NCBI RefSeq assembly: GCF_964355755.1
Contig: NC_092671.1
Coordinates: 33,676,304 to 33,740,303 of the forward strand
Source: Antedon mediterranea
Lineage: Eukaryota > Animalia > Echinodermata
Direction: 5' to 3'
DNA length: 64,000 bases
The notes below the pieces were generated by a model. It was not told where the DNA came from. It saw nothing but the letters and a program-made list of their open reading frames with translations, and did no database searches. Below, one piece after another: positions 1 to 14,000 of this stretch. Position 1 is the first letter of the stretch. The number at the start of each line of letters is the position of its first letter. The position numbers were made by a program, and so were the translations under genes.

Positions 1-1895
1 TTAAATTGAGTTAGATAATTAATTATTGACAATTAAAACGAATTTAGGTTCAACAATTTGCCCCAAATAGGGGTGTTTTCCAATCGTGATATACACTGTC
101 TAATGATGTCCTTCTTGAAAAATACCCTTACACAATCATACGAGAATGCTTCGTATTTACCTATATTCTTCTACGATAATTGTTTGTAACTAGATAGTAC
201 GCTCGCTTCGCTCGCGTACCATCTAGGTCGTGCCCACAGATGGTTCTCGAATACATAATTATTTCAGCTTTAAAAAACTGACGATTTCAAATGTACGTAC
301 AATAATACATGTCGTTTACAGGAACGAATAAATAGACACTGATTTATGTACTCAACTAAAATTAGCACACTGGGAATTACTTCCGAAAGAGAAACTTGTC
401 ACAAAATGAGACCAATTGTTTAAGTCAAATGTAAACAAACTTAATTTGTGTTATGTATGTAACATTAGGGTTGAGGGATGGGGAAGAGGATAGGTGCAAA
501 GAGGAACAATTTTTAAATATATTCTTTATCCATTTAGTAACGAAATATTAGGCCTAATTGTTTTCATGTTTTACAAATAATATACCAAAACACAGTAAAA
601 CATTGCGATGTAATACTTTGTTGAAACTATCACCGTCCTAGTCAATTGAAGTAGTACAGTACATGTAACGATACATCACTACGACGTGTATTTTATATAA
701 TGTAAAACAATTTGTGAAAACCACATCTATTCGGGGAAAATCATGAATTCGATTTAATCGTCAATAAATATTAAATTATCTAACTCAACTTAATTAGTAG
801 GCCTAATGGTTTTCAATTGTTTCTTTGAGCCAATTCATACTTAAGTTGGTTCCTACCCTACCCACCAAAGTTGTTCTGCGTTTAAGGCATGTGATGCACA
901 GTAGGCCTATCCTCTACTGGCTTTACAACGCTACTCATGCCAGTGAGGGAAGGGTGATGACGTGGGTGGTTTAACTGCAATAATAAAGATTTGTACATAA
1001 TATACGGCGACTGAAAACGCTAGCTCATTATCCGTTAAAATAAAATTTATATCCAACCTCTGCAGCACAGATTGAAAAAAAAAATGGATCGAATTTCTGT
1101 TATGAGTATACAGTACTTACCTTTACGACGCCTGAGGAATAGACACCTGTGGAACAGAGATTGGAATATTCCATTCTTCGCAAATCAATACATTTGTATA
1201 AACGTATATTAAATCTATCAAAATAGTATTTTTGTAAGAAAATTGGCCTGTCTTCAACATTATGATGCTGTACTCGAGCTGTTCAACCAGTTTTCAGCCA
1301 TTAAAAACAATTATCGTAGGAGGAGATAGGAAAATGCGAAGCATCCTCGTATATTGTCTGCGGGTATTTTTCAAGACGGACATCCATTAGACAGTGTATA
1401 CCACGATCGAAAAACACCCCTATTTGTGGCAAATCGTTGAACCTAAATTCGTTTTAATCGTCAATAACTAATTATCGAACTCAATTTAATTAGTAAATAG
1501 GGTTACATCAGGTGGTTAAAATCAGTACCGAAAGTACGAACCAACTTTATATACCATCGAGTAAACATTCTAGAAATAACGCGCGATTTACCGAATTTTG
1601 CCCTTACGTAAATTTATATATAGATAACTGAATATCGGTTGAACAACTCGAGTACAACATCATAATCTTACATGTTTTTCCTCTTTCCCATCCCTCAACA
1701 ATAATGTTATATATAAAACACAATTTCCAGGGTGCTAATTTTAGTTGACTACATAAATCATCGTGTCTATATTATTTATTCGTTTCTGTAAACGAAAATG
1801 TATTATAGCCCTGCGGTACGTACAAAAAAAAAAACACATTCTTTTACGCTGGAATTACCATCTGTGGGCACGACCAAAGTAAGCGTACCATCTAG
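1..1895. mobile_element. Nest of Helitron family 1 fragments (+ 1-187; - 190 to ~790; - ~1050-1624; + ~1630-1895)
   Basis: Reverse-complement 3' hairpin at 190-227, reverse-complement 5' end at 1624, and + strand CTAG end at 1895. Confidence 0.8.
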
Positions 1896-2066
1896 TTAAG
1901 TTAAAGTATGACAGTATAAAATGAGGATATTATAATTGCAAAAGCCTCCTTCACAAAAAGGCTATTCTAAATGATCCATACATAATATTTTAATTTACTA
2001 CATTTCAGAAAATACAAATAATTATTTTCAAAGTATTCATATTTTGCTGTGCTGTTTTTTTTTCAG

Positions 2067-5000
2067 AAGCTCCTTCTCCACCTCATCCACCTGCTGTATG
2101 GAATTATGGAACGACTGAAAGTAAGTCAGATGGTAGTAATAATTAGCATAATCTATTTATAAATGTACGTAAGGGCAAAATTTGGTAAATTGCGCGTTAC
2201 TCCTAAAATGTTTACTCGATGGTATATAAAGTTGGTTCGTACTTTCGGTACTGATTTTAACCACCTGATGTAACACTGTTTACTAATTAAATTGAGTTAA
2301 ATAATTAGTTATTGACATTTTAAACGAATTTAGGTTCAACGGTTTGCCACAAATAGGGGTGTTTTCCGATCGTGGTATACACGGTCTAATGGATGTTCAT
2401 CTTGAAAAATACCCGCACACAATAATAAGAGGATGTTTCGCATTTTCCTATCTCCTTCTACGATAATTGCTTTTAATAGCTGAAAACCAGTTGAACAGCT
2501 CGAGTATAGATTCATAATGTTGCCGATTTTCTTTAAAAAATACTATTTTGATATATTTAATATACGTTTATACAAATGTATTAATTTACGATGAATGGAA
2601 CATTCCAATCTCTGTTACACAAGTGTCTATTCCATCAGGCCTCGTAAAGGAAAGTACACCCATAACAGAAATTCGATCCATTTTTTTTCAATCTGTTTTA
2701 CATCTATATATAAATTTACGTAAGGGCAAAATTCGGTAAATCGCGCCTTACTTCTAGAATTTTTACTCGATGGTATATAAAGTTGGTTCGTACTTTCGGT
2801 ACTGATTTTAACCACCTGATGTAACCCTGTTTACTAATTAAATTAAGTTAGATAATTAGTTATTGACGATTAAAACGAATTTAGGTTCAACGATTTGCCC
2901 CAAATAGGGGTGTTTTCCGATCGTGGTATACACTGTCTAATGGATGTCCATCTTGAAAAATACCCGCCACAAAAATGCGAGGAGGCTTCGCATTTTCCTA
3001 TCTCCTCCTACGATAATTGTTTTTAATAGCTGAAAACCGGTTGAACAGTTCGAGTACAGCATCATAATGTTGAAGACAGGCCGATTTTCTTTAAAAAATA
3101 CTATTTTGATACATTTAATATACGTTTTTACAAATGTATTGATTTGTGATGAATGGAACATTCCAAATTATTTGGTTTAACCATACAGGTATAAATTTAG
3201 ATTTATGGGCCCCCTTGGAGAATAAACATAAATAGTATTGCAATGCTGTACAATACTGTTAAGGTATTAACCACTTTTGATCGCAATTTGAATCGCAAAT
3301 TTCTTACTGTGAGTGTTGGTACTGTTAGATGTAATATAAAAATATATACAAATAAACTTTATTACTGTGAGTGTGGGTAGGCCCTACTGTTAGATTATAA
3401 ACATATAATATACAAATAAATAAACGTTATTACTGACAGTTGCTTCTCAACGTTTGTATTAATTAATAATTTAAAAATATATAAACGTCGTAGTGGTGTA
3501 TCGTTACATGTACTTTACTATTTCAATCGACTATGACAGTGAGAGTTTTAACAAAGTACTGTATTAAATCGTAAATGTTTTACTGTATTTAGTGGTATAT
3601 TATTTATAGGCCTATAAAACATGAAAAACAATATTTCGTTACTGAGTGAATAAGAATATATTTTAAAATGTTTCCTCTTTGTACCTATCTTCTTCCCCCA
3701 TCCCTCAACCCTTAATGTTACATACAAAACACAAATTGGGTTTGTTTAAATGAGTCCAAATAAAAAAATTTGACTCATTTTGTTTCTCTCTCGGAAGTAA
3801 TTCTCAGGGTGCTAATTTTGGTTGACTACATAAATCATTGTGTATATTTATTCGTTTCTGTAAACGACAATGTATTATAGTCCTGCGGTACGTACATTTG
3901 AAATCTCCATTTTCTTCTCGCTGGAAATACTGTGTATTCGAGAACCATCTGTGGGCACGACCTAGATGGTACGCGAGAGAAGCGAGCGTGCCATCTAGTT
4001 ATATAAACATATACAAATAAACATTATTACTTACAGTTACTTCTTAACATTTTTATTAATTAATACTGTAATTTAAAAATATAAACGTCGTACTGCTGTA
4101 TCGTTACATGTACTGTACTATTTCAATCGACTATGACGGTGACAGTTTAAAAAAAGTATTACATCGCAATGTTTTACTGTGTTTAGTGGTATATTATTTG
4201 TAAAACATGAAAACAATTAATATTTCGTTACTAAATGGATGAAGAATATATTTAAAAATTGCACCCATCCTCTTCCCCATCCCTCAACCCTAATGTTACA
4301 TACAAAACACAAATTAAGTTTGTTTAAATTTGACTCAAACAATAATTGGTCTCATTTTGTGATAATTATCGTTTCGGAAGTAATTCCCAGTGTGCTAATT
4401 TTAGTTGTGTACATAAATCACCGTGTCTATTTATTCGTTCCTGTAAACGACATGTATTATTGTCCTGCGGTACGTGTATTGTATTCGAGAACCATTTGTG
4501 GGCACGAAACAACACGATTTATATATACACTAAGGCCCTGTTTCTGCTGCCAAGTAAATACCGTATATTATACGGTATTTTTTGAATACCGTATATATAC
4601 GGTATTTTTTTGGCAGCAGAAACTGCGCTCATAAAATAAATACCGTATTTTGTATACCGTATTTTCCCCACAAAATTTGTGGATAAAATACGGTATTTAC
4701 AAATTTATACCGTATTTTCTGTACCCTTTTCTGTTGCCAATAAAAAATACCGTATTTTTTTTTACCTGTGACATGAGGTCAACATCGTGTTGTGTTTTGA
4801 TTTTTTGTCGCTGCGACAGTTGTTTAACACACGTGCGATAATGTGGACCGAAGAAGTTACCGTTTTTACTATTAATTTGTGGGGGGAAGCGAAACTTTCA
4901 GGAAAACTAATGGGTAATAAAAGAGACAGCACTATTTATAAAGAAATTTCGAACAAAATAAAACAGGAATACAATGTAGATTTGTCTCCGAAGCAAGTGA

Positions 5001-8000
5001 ACACGAAACTTAAAACCCTCCGAAAGCAATACAACATTGCAAAGGACAACAACTCGAAGTCTGGGAGGGACAGAATTACTTGTCCTCATTACGAGGTTTT
5101 GGACCGAATTTTGGGAGATCGGGCCATAGCTGCCCCTCACTATCTAATGGATAGGAACCAGGCAGTAGGAGTTGCCGATGGTATGTACATTTTAATTTAT
5201 AATTAAATAACTAGGCCTATAGCTATATAGCCTACTAATAGACTATTCTATAGTAGTAGGCATTTATAGCCTACCTATTATAGGCCTAGCCTTGGCATGG
5301 ATAAATTAAAAAAGAGGAATCATGCTAAATGTACAGTAACAATATTATTTTCCATGGATTGTGTTAATAAATATAGGAGCTGAGGAAGAACAGCAGCATG
5401 AGGACGGCCCACATGTCGAAGATGTTGATGAAGAGAATGATAGTGTTGGTAAGAATTTACTTATTTTTTCAAGGTTTAATTTAAAAATAATTTTTAGTGA
5501 AGTACGGTATAAATAAATATGCAACCTGATTAACACAGTAGTACTAGATTTGTGTTCAGCAATGGTCATCATGGTTTTTAAAAAGAGCAATATATTGTAG
5601 TTCATTTGACAACAAAATTAATAATAATATTCTACTGAAGTTTAAAATTTTGAAATTAACATTTTTTATAAAATTGTACCAGTGACTGCAGATGATAGCC
5701 AAAATGACGAGGAATCTGACATTGATGATATACCACTACCTGATCAGGATGTTGAAGACGATACTATTCCTGGACAGGCCAATCCTCACCAAGAACAACA
5801 AAGGCTTGCTAGAGAGAATGAAGGTTAGTAAAATAACTAATCTAAACCTAACTTAAGTAAAACAAAACGAAATAGTGGTTAAATTAATCCACTTCCTTAT
5901 ATTAGTTTTCCTAAAGTTGTCTTTTTGTTATAAAGTTAATCTACCCCAATATAAGGAAGAATTAATAATTTCCAACACAAATTGGAACATTGATATATAG
6001 CTTCCAACTCATTTTGGAATTTATTCTGTTTTTTACAATTATTTTCTATAATTTGTTAGGAAATGAGCAGCCCTGTCGAAAGCGAAAAAAAACAAAATTG
6101 CAGGAATCTTTTGAAATGCTTTCAAAAGAGATGGCGAAGCAAGACAGGGAGGAAGAAGAAAGATATATGCGGCACTCTGAAAGATCAGCACAACACCACC
6201 GGGATTGGATGCAACTCATGGCGCGAGAGGCTGAAAGAAACCGACAAAAAGACAGACAGAGAGACCATCAGAGGATGATGCAGATCATGCAGTTATTTGC
6301 ACCACAACAACAACAACCACCGCCACAACCACAACAATACCACCACCACACAATGCATAGACCTACACATCAAAACTACTACCCAACAAACCAACAACAG
6401 TCAGAAAGTCAAGCTCATCATTGTAGAATACCAGCTCGCACTAGTACACCAGCTCGCACTAGTACACCACATTACACTAGTACACCAGCTCGCACTAGTA
6501 CACCAGCTCGCACTAGTACACCACATTACACTAGTACACCAGCTCACACTAGTACACCAGCTCGCACTAGTACACCAGCTCGCACTAGTACACCACATTA
6601 CACTAGTACACCAGCTCCCACTAGCACACCACATTACACTAGTACACCGGCTCCCACTAGTACACCACATTACACCATTACACCAGCTCGCACTAGTACA
6701 CCAGCTCGCACTAGTATACCAGCTCCCACTAGTACACCAGCTCGCACTAGTACACCACATTACACTAGTACACCAGCTCGCACTAGTACACCACATTACA
6801 CTAGTATACCAGCTCCCACTAGTACACCAGCTCGCACTAGTACACCACATTACACTAGTATACCAGCTCCCACTAGTACACCAGCTCGCACTAGTACACC
6901 ACATTACACTAGTATACCAGCTCCCACTAGTACACCAGCTCGCACTAGTACACCACATTACACTAGTACACCGGCTCCCACTCGTACACCAGCTCCCACT
7001 AGTACACCACATCACACTATCAGCAAAGCACCTGAATACTTTATTCTGTAGATTTCATGTTTTTGTTTCCAAACAACTTGTCTTTCCTTCTCAGCAACAT
7101 GTAAATAATGTAAAAAACCACATTTATAATTATATTAGATATTTGTATTTTATTCTGTAGATTTAGATATTGCTTTATTTTAGAAAAAAAACATAGCATG
7201 TTTTATTAGTTATAGCATTAGTAAACCAAAATGCCTTTCACTCTCAACATTGTAAATAAAAACAGTGGTACAGTATTTCATATTACTTAACTCCACTTTA
7301 TATAGTAATATACCTTTACAACTCAAAAAATGCAATAACATCATTATGTGCAATAACACATTCTTGCTTTAACTTATTTCATTCAGGGTTACTTGCTTCC
7401 GTCCAACTCTAAACTTATTTATATAATAATTAGTGTTTTTCAATAAAAAGTAAACATTTTAATGCAATTGGGATTGTCCTGTTTCTTTTTTTTTCTCTTC
7501 ATTTTTGTGTCTTTTAGGACAAGGAATGACCTGGTTTAATATTTTTAAATATATGCATTATTTTTTACAAAACATCAAAAATTGCAGGAAAAGTGTCTTT
7601 AATAATAATGTTTGTATAGAACGGAAAGTAATAATAATTTAATAACAAATAAAATATTTTATTAAATAATGGAAAGTCTATGTCAGGTGGTTAAGTAAAG
7701 CATTCCTAATATCTACAGCACCTGGTTGTGGGTCGTTGTCACCTGCTACATCATTTTCTTGTAATTCTTGTAATTCTGGTAGTATGTCATCATACAAGTC
7801 ATTCTGTTCTATGCAAAAGTTATGCAATATACAACAAGCATTGACCATCAATGGCACCTTGGACACGTGCGAGTCATTCCTACGCATCAGAATGCGCCAT
7901 CTTCCTTTTAGAAGACCAAACGCACGCTTCACAACCATTCTGGCCTTGCTGAGTTTGTAGTTAAATAGCCTGTGCCGTTGGTGTTCATTTCCTCGTTGCG

Positions 8001-11000
8001 GAAAACCCTTCATCAACCATAGAAGTAGCGGATATGATGGATCACCGATAATAAAAATCGGCACTTCCACATTCTCCATGTTAACAGTAGTCTGTTAAAT
8101 ATGTAAAAATAAGAAATAAGGTTTTTATTCTGTAAATTTATTCATGAATAATAATTTAATTTGCATACAACCTCCTCATCAGTCAGTATGCAGACATTTT
8201 CACTGATTTTCTTTTTAAAATGTGATGCTGTTAATAATGTCAGTTTTTAATTATGTTAACTGCTCGGGGATTTATTGTACATAAAACATAATCTGTTTCG
8301 ACCACTAACCCTAGGAAATAGCTGACCGTTTTGACCCTTTTCAAATAATGAAGAGTTCCTAAAAACTCTGGCATCATGTACCTTCCCAGGCCATCCAACA
8401 TATGTGTCTGTGAATCTGAAACCAAAAGGGTTATTACCAAAATAATTACACAATTAACAAATAGACTATGTTTAAAACAAAATACAATACTTGATTTGAT
8501 TAATAAGTTCAATTTTAATTTGAAACATCATAGTTACAAAAAAATGTATTGTTAGCCATGCAATAACACACACAGTACTGTAGTGCCAAGTTACCTTAAT
8601 TTATGATCTACTACTGCTTGTAGTATAACAGAGTAGTGGCCCTTGCGATTGAAGTAGTCAGCTTTTGACTCTTTAGGTGCAAGAATAGGGATGTGTGATC
8701 CGTCAATGGCACCTGCACATTGAGGAAAGCCATGCAGTTCATTGAAGCCTGCTACAGTAGTAGTCAAGCGATCTCCTACTGGCCAAACAATGTAGTCATC
8801 GTACATGAGGTCTACCACTGCCTGACACACTTGCTTTATGGATCTGGAGACAGTAGACCTGTGCACACCAAAGCGATTTCCAATTGTGCGAAGGTCGCAA
8901 CACGTTGAAAGTCTCCAAAGCGTCATGCCAACTACATGCTCTACGGTCATCCCATTACCAAAGTTTGTTGCTTCTCTTTGTAAACTTGGCCGCAGTATTC
9001 CACATAGAACAGTAAAAGTGTCTAAACAAAATTTTAAATAAGTTAATATTGTTTTTTATTTCATAAATCACCATTGTTGTAAGTACTGTAGTTCTCTAGC
9101 CCTTTCACTGATCCCACTAATCAACCAACTGATCATCCTAAACTAATAATAAAGCAACCCATCGTTTACGTAGCACTAGTAGCCACTGTGCAGTGCAGCA
9201 GTAGTAGTACTACTACTGTACCAAAGTAATTTTAGTAAGTAGTAGAAGACTCGGCATAGCCTAGAAAACATTTTTACAGGCTAGGCCTGCCTAAAAGCTA
9301 GTTTATTTATTAATATTTAGTTATGGGGTTAGAGGTTAATCCTCTAGAGCATGAGGCCCGGCCGCGATTTTTTTTTTCGTACATAAGTTGGGGACCCCCT
9401 CATGAAACGTCACAAAATAAACATGAATAATTCATAGTTAAATGTTCTTGTTCCGTGTGCACCCAAGCGTATAGCAACAAGAAGTGATTACACAAGTGCG
9501 GTACAATTCTAGGCCTATCTCCGCGCTGTTGTTGCGGCGTGCGATTTCATAGAAGAATAGCGGCGTTTTGTGTTGATTGTCGAAATAATCAGCCTTTAGT
9601 TTATGATAGTGTTTTTAATATAATTCATTACTAAAGAATTACGTGTTAAAATTATAGTTTCTATTAATACTATTAGGCCTATGCCTAATTATTAGTCTCT
9701 AAACATATGTCTATTCTAGTAGAGCTGTGTGTGTGTGTTATAGGTATGACACAATCCGAGTAATAAGTCAGCAAAATTAAACAATAAACATTACACAAAA
9801 ATACATTTTTTATTCTCGTGGGTCTAATCTAATCTAAACCCATCTCATGTGTTCATATACGCGCATTTTTAAAGTTCCTTTGAGTAGACCTACATGCATT
9901 GTTTGATAATAAAATAGCAGAATTAAAAACAAATACAGTACACAAATTATAAACATTCTTTATTCTTGTGGGTCTAAGCTTTCTTTGGGCTATGTCCAAT
10001 GAATTACTACTTAGTTTAATGTCTTTCCTAGCTGTCGATTAGCCTCGACTCGACACATTTTGTGTGAAGAAGAGTGCGCGAAGGCAATCGCGTAAATTGA
10101 CTTAGAATCCTAGGCCTACTGTAGAAAGTATCGTATCGCAGTTGTGTAATCGCTTCTTGTTGCTATACGCTTGGGTGCACACGGAACAACAAATTTAACT
10201 GATGAATTATTCATGTTTATTTTGTCACGTTTCATGAGGGGGTCCCCAACTTATGTACGAAAAAAAAAATCGCGGCCCGGCCGCCTACTATACTAGCTAG
10301 TACTACGAGTACGTACCCTACTTTACTTGACTTTCAGCCAAATTATTTAAGGCCTCTAATTGTTATAATCAACAATAATAATAAATATAAATAATAATAA
10401 TAATTACCTTTTGACATACGGACATTTTCTTTCCACAAATGGGCGGTGTAACGGTTGCAAACTGTTTCGTTCCACCAGTCTAAAGACACAATTGGGTTAC
10501 GAGGTCGCCTAGCCGCAATCAAAACTACGAAGTTTTTTGTTACGTCTACCATGTTTATCGTCGGGACATGTAACACATGTGAGACATCGAGAGTGGAAAT
10601 TCCTGAGTTACAGTGCGCACGCTCAGTATACTTAGGTCAAACACAGACTTCCTGTTCAAGAATGGCCGCTTGGGTAATAAAGATGAAATTTAACACGACC
10701 ACCCAAGAAGTATTTTTAGCAGAAACGGGGTACTAAAAAATACGGTATAAAAAATACCGTATTTTATACCGTATTTTTATACCGTATTTTGAGCAGTTGC
10801 AGCAGAAACAGGCCCTTACACATACAAAATAAAATTAATTCTTACACCACATAAGATATAACAAGATAATAATCATATTTAAAAACAAATCTCTTTCAGA
10901 TTATGACAGAATTCGTCGACAAGCACGTAAGTAAACTAAACGTTGATTTAACTGTGATAAAACGGCTTAAATATAAATTCGTGTTCATATTTTGTTATTT

Positions 11001-14000
11001 CTTTTGCTTTTTATTTCAGGAACGCCCTCTTGGGATGAAATGATAACTAATAGTAAGTAAAAAAGGTGGATGTCATACAAATATCTATAAAAATTGAAGG
11101 CCTACGGTGATTGTTATTCATATTTTGAAACAACTCTCTTTCAGATTATGACAGAGCTCGTCGATATGCCAGTGAGTAAATTAAAGTTAAGAGCATTATT
11201 TTGATAAAAAAGCATGTAATTAACTATTTGAAACTCTTCATATTTTGCTCTTTGTTTCAGGAACTCGTTATATCTTGAATGAAATCAATCTATAACAGTT
11301 ACTCATATTTTAAAACAAATCTCTTTCAGATTATGACAGATATCGTCGACAAGCACGTAAGTAAACTAAACATTGCTTCAACTGTGATAAAACGGCTTAA
11401 ATATAAATTCATGTTCATATTTTTTATTTATGTATGTATGTGTTTATTTATTTTTTTTATTTATTTTTCTCTTTATTTCAGGAACGCCCTCTTGGGATGA
11501 AATGATAACTAACAGTAAGTAAAAAAGATGGATGTCATACAATTTTCTATAAAAATTGAAAATTAAGTGTGACATAGTTCATATATAATTTTAATGTCAC
11601 CATCAGGATGATCTGGGTATTATGATGACATTTTATTTCTTTCAAAAATACAATCAGCAATAAATCGACATAAATCATGCCTCTTTACCATAAAATACAC
11701 AAACAAGATTAAATAGTTATTAATGCTTGGTTCGACCAAACAACAAGTTCCCAATCAAAACGCAACAGTTTAATTGTCGTTTAATATGTATCGGCTAATT
11801 ATCGATTAATAGTATTATTGGCTGAGGAAACACGGTGTAAACATAAACAGATATATTGATGGAACGTACAGTAAATAATATACAATACACATAATTAAAT
11901 GTAGGCCCGCCGTGATTGTTATTCATATTTTGAAACAACTCTATTTCAGATTATGACAGAGCTCGTCGATATGCACGTGAGTAAATTAAAGTTAAGAGCA
12001 TTATTTTGATAAACAGGCATGTAATTAATTAAACTATTTGAAACTGTTCATATTTTCCGCTTTGTTTCAGGAACTCGTTATATCTGGAATGACATCAATG
12101 ATGACAGTAAGTTACAAAGATGAATGCATTTTGTCAAACTTGATCGTGTTGAATGAATGTATCGATGATTTTACAACCCCAAGCCTTATACATTAATATG
12201 CTACAATCGATTATTTTACAAATACATTTGATTGCATATTGTGTCTTTTTCTTGTCTGCTGGATTTATTGTAGTTGGTAAAATTAACATGAATAAGACAA
12301 GCAACAGAACAAACAACAACGACCCAGAAATAGTTCTATAAAACTGAACAAGTAATGTAGGCCTACTTATAGGTCAAAGAAGTTGAAATTAAAGAAAAGA
12401 TTAAAGCATAATTATAATGATGAATGAAAATATTTATATCCATCTAGTCATTTCAAATTTTACTTGTTTAGTAAATAACGGAGTTTCACGATCATGTTGA
12501 TTAGATATCTTTTTAAAACGTTATACTACCTTGATAAATAAAAATATTCATATTTCTCTAGTAGCTAGATCAACTTTCGTATGCACTTTGAGGTCCAGAG
12601 AATTTGACTTCAGAAATTGGTTTAGGATGGTCAAACAATCATTATAGGCTTGGTTACACATTTTTAAAATGTGGCGAAAGGTCAAAAGGTCAGGGTGAAA
12701 GGTTAACAAACTAAACACCAATAGGTCCTTAAATCTCGACAACCACTGGTCACAGCGAGGTAATTTTGGTCTCAAATTGATCAGAAGGTATACATTTTAG
12801 TCAAAAATTACCGAAAATGCCATTTCTGACCTTTGACCCACAACCCTGGGCATCTATTTATCTCCATAACTACTGGTCGTAGACACTTGAATTTGGTTTT
12901 AAATTGTTCGAAATATATATTTTGTTATTTGTTAAACATTTTTAAAAATGTTACAAAAGGTCAAAGGGTCAGGGTCAAGGGTTATATGAACAAATAAATA
13001 AAGGTATTTGTATCTCGGCAACCACTGGTCGCAGCAAGTCAATTTTGGTTTCAAAATGTTCAGATGGCATACATTTATATTCCGTCTAATGGGGCATTTT
13101 AGTAAAAATGATCAGAAATGCCATTTCTGACCTTTGATCCACAGGGCATCTTCATATCTCTGTAAGTATTGGTCGTAGAAACTTAAATTTGGTATCAAAT
13201 TGTTCGAAATATACATATTTACATTCATTGTAATAGAAAATGTGGTAAAAAGATGAACAAAAAATAATATTACTAATGTTTCAAACAAAAACAAATCTCT
13301 ACTCAACTTATCCTTAAACAGTAATGTTATGCAATAACTGATACTTTAAATTGTTTCAATTTCAAGTACTAGTTATTGCTGTCCACGAGAACATTTTGAT
13401 ATAAACGTCAAGCTCAACAGTTCTTTACAGAATGCTAAAAGTAACTCGCCTTGTGTATCCGATTAAACGCCCCAAGCATTTATTGTTCAAAAGGGTTTTT
13501 AGGGGGAGGGGATGCATATTTATTTGGGGTATAATATTGTAACATGTATAATCAAATAAATACCACCTAGATGTATAAAACTACAGCACAATTAATATCA
13601 AAAAATGATAAAATTATGTCAAAATGCTTGGTAAATTGTAGATTATGGTAGTTAATGTGATACAATTATTTTGTAAATGCATGTGGCTGATCGTTTATCC
13701 CACATGGTGTCCTATTGGAGGAAATGGTGGCGTTTATTTGAGGGAGGCTTTTATCCAAAGCGGGTGTTAATTCGAATAAATACTCGAGCTCAACAGTTAA
13801 AAATGCTAGAAGTAACTTACCATAGTTAAACGGGCATTTATTTATTCAGGGAAGGCGTTTATTTTGTTTGGGTGTAGTAATGGTAACATGTATAATCAAA
13901 TAAATACACCCAAGATAAAAAAAAATAAATATAATAAGAATAATAACTGGATTAAACCTCATTCTATCCTTGTGCAAGTACAATCATGTAATAAAAGGTA

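Larger units (their letters stand above)
4534..10815. mobile_element. Full-length PIF/Harbinger DNA transposon (~6.3 kb) in an intron of gene A1
   Basis: TIR GGCCCTGTTTCTGCTGC / GCAGCAGAAACAGGCCC (1 mismatch), flanked by TAA and TTA. The paralogous site at ~47400 is empty (tatac-TTA-aacatac). Many subterminal TACCGTATT/AATACGGTA repeats at both ends. Carries convergent Myb/SANT-like and DDE transposase genes. Confidence 0.93.

Noticed and set aside
6297-7160. Alternative-frame ORFs (HQLALV.. on +, WCTSAS.. on -)
   Set aside because: Shadows of the 18-bp repeat. Only the TSTP frame is continuous with the spliced Myb-like gene.
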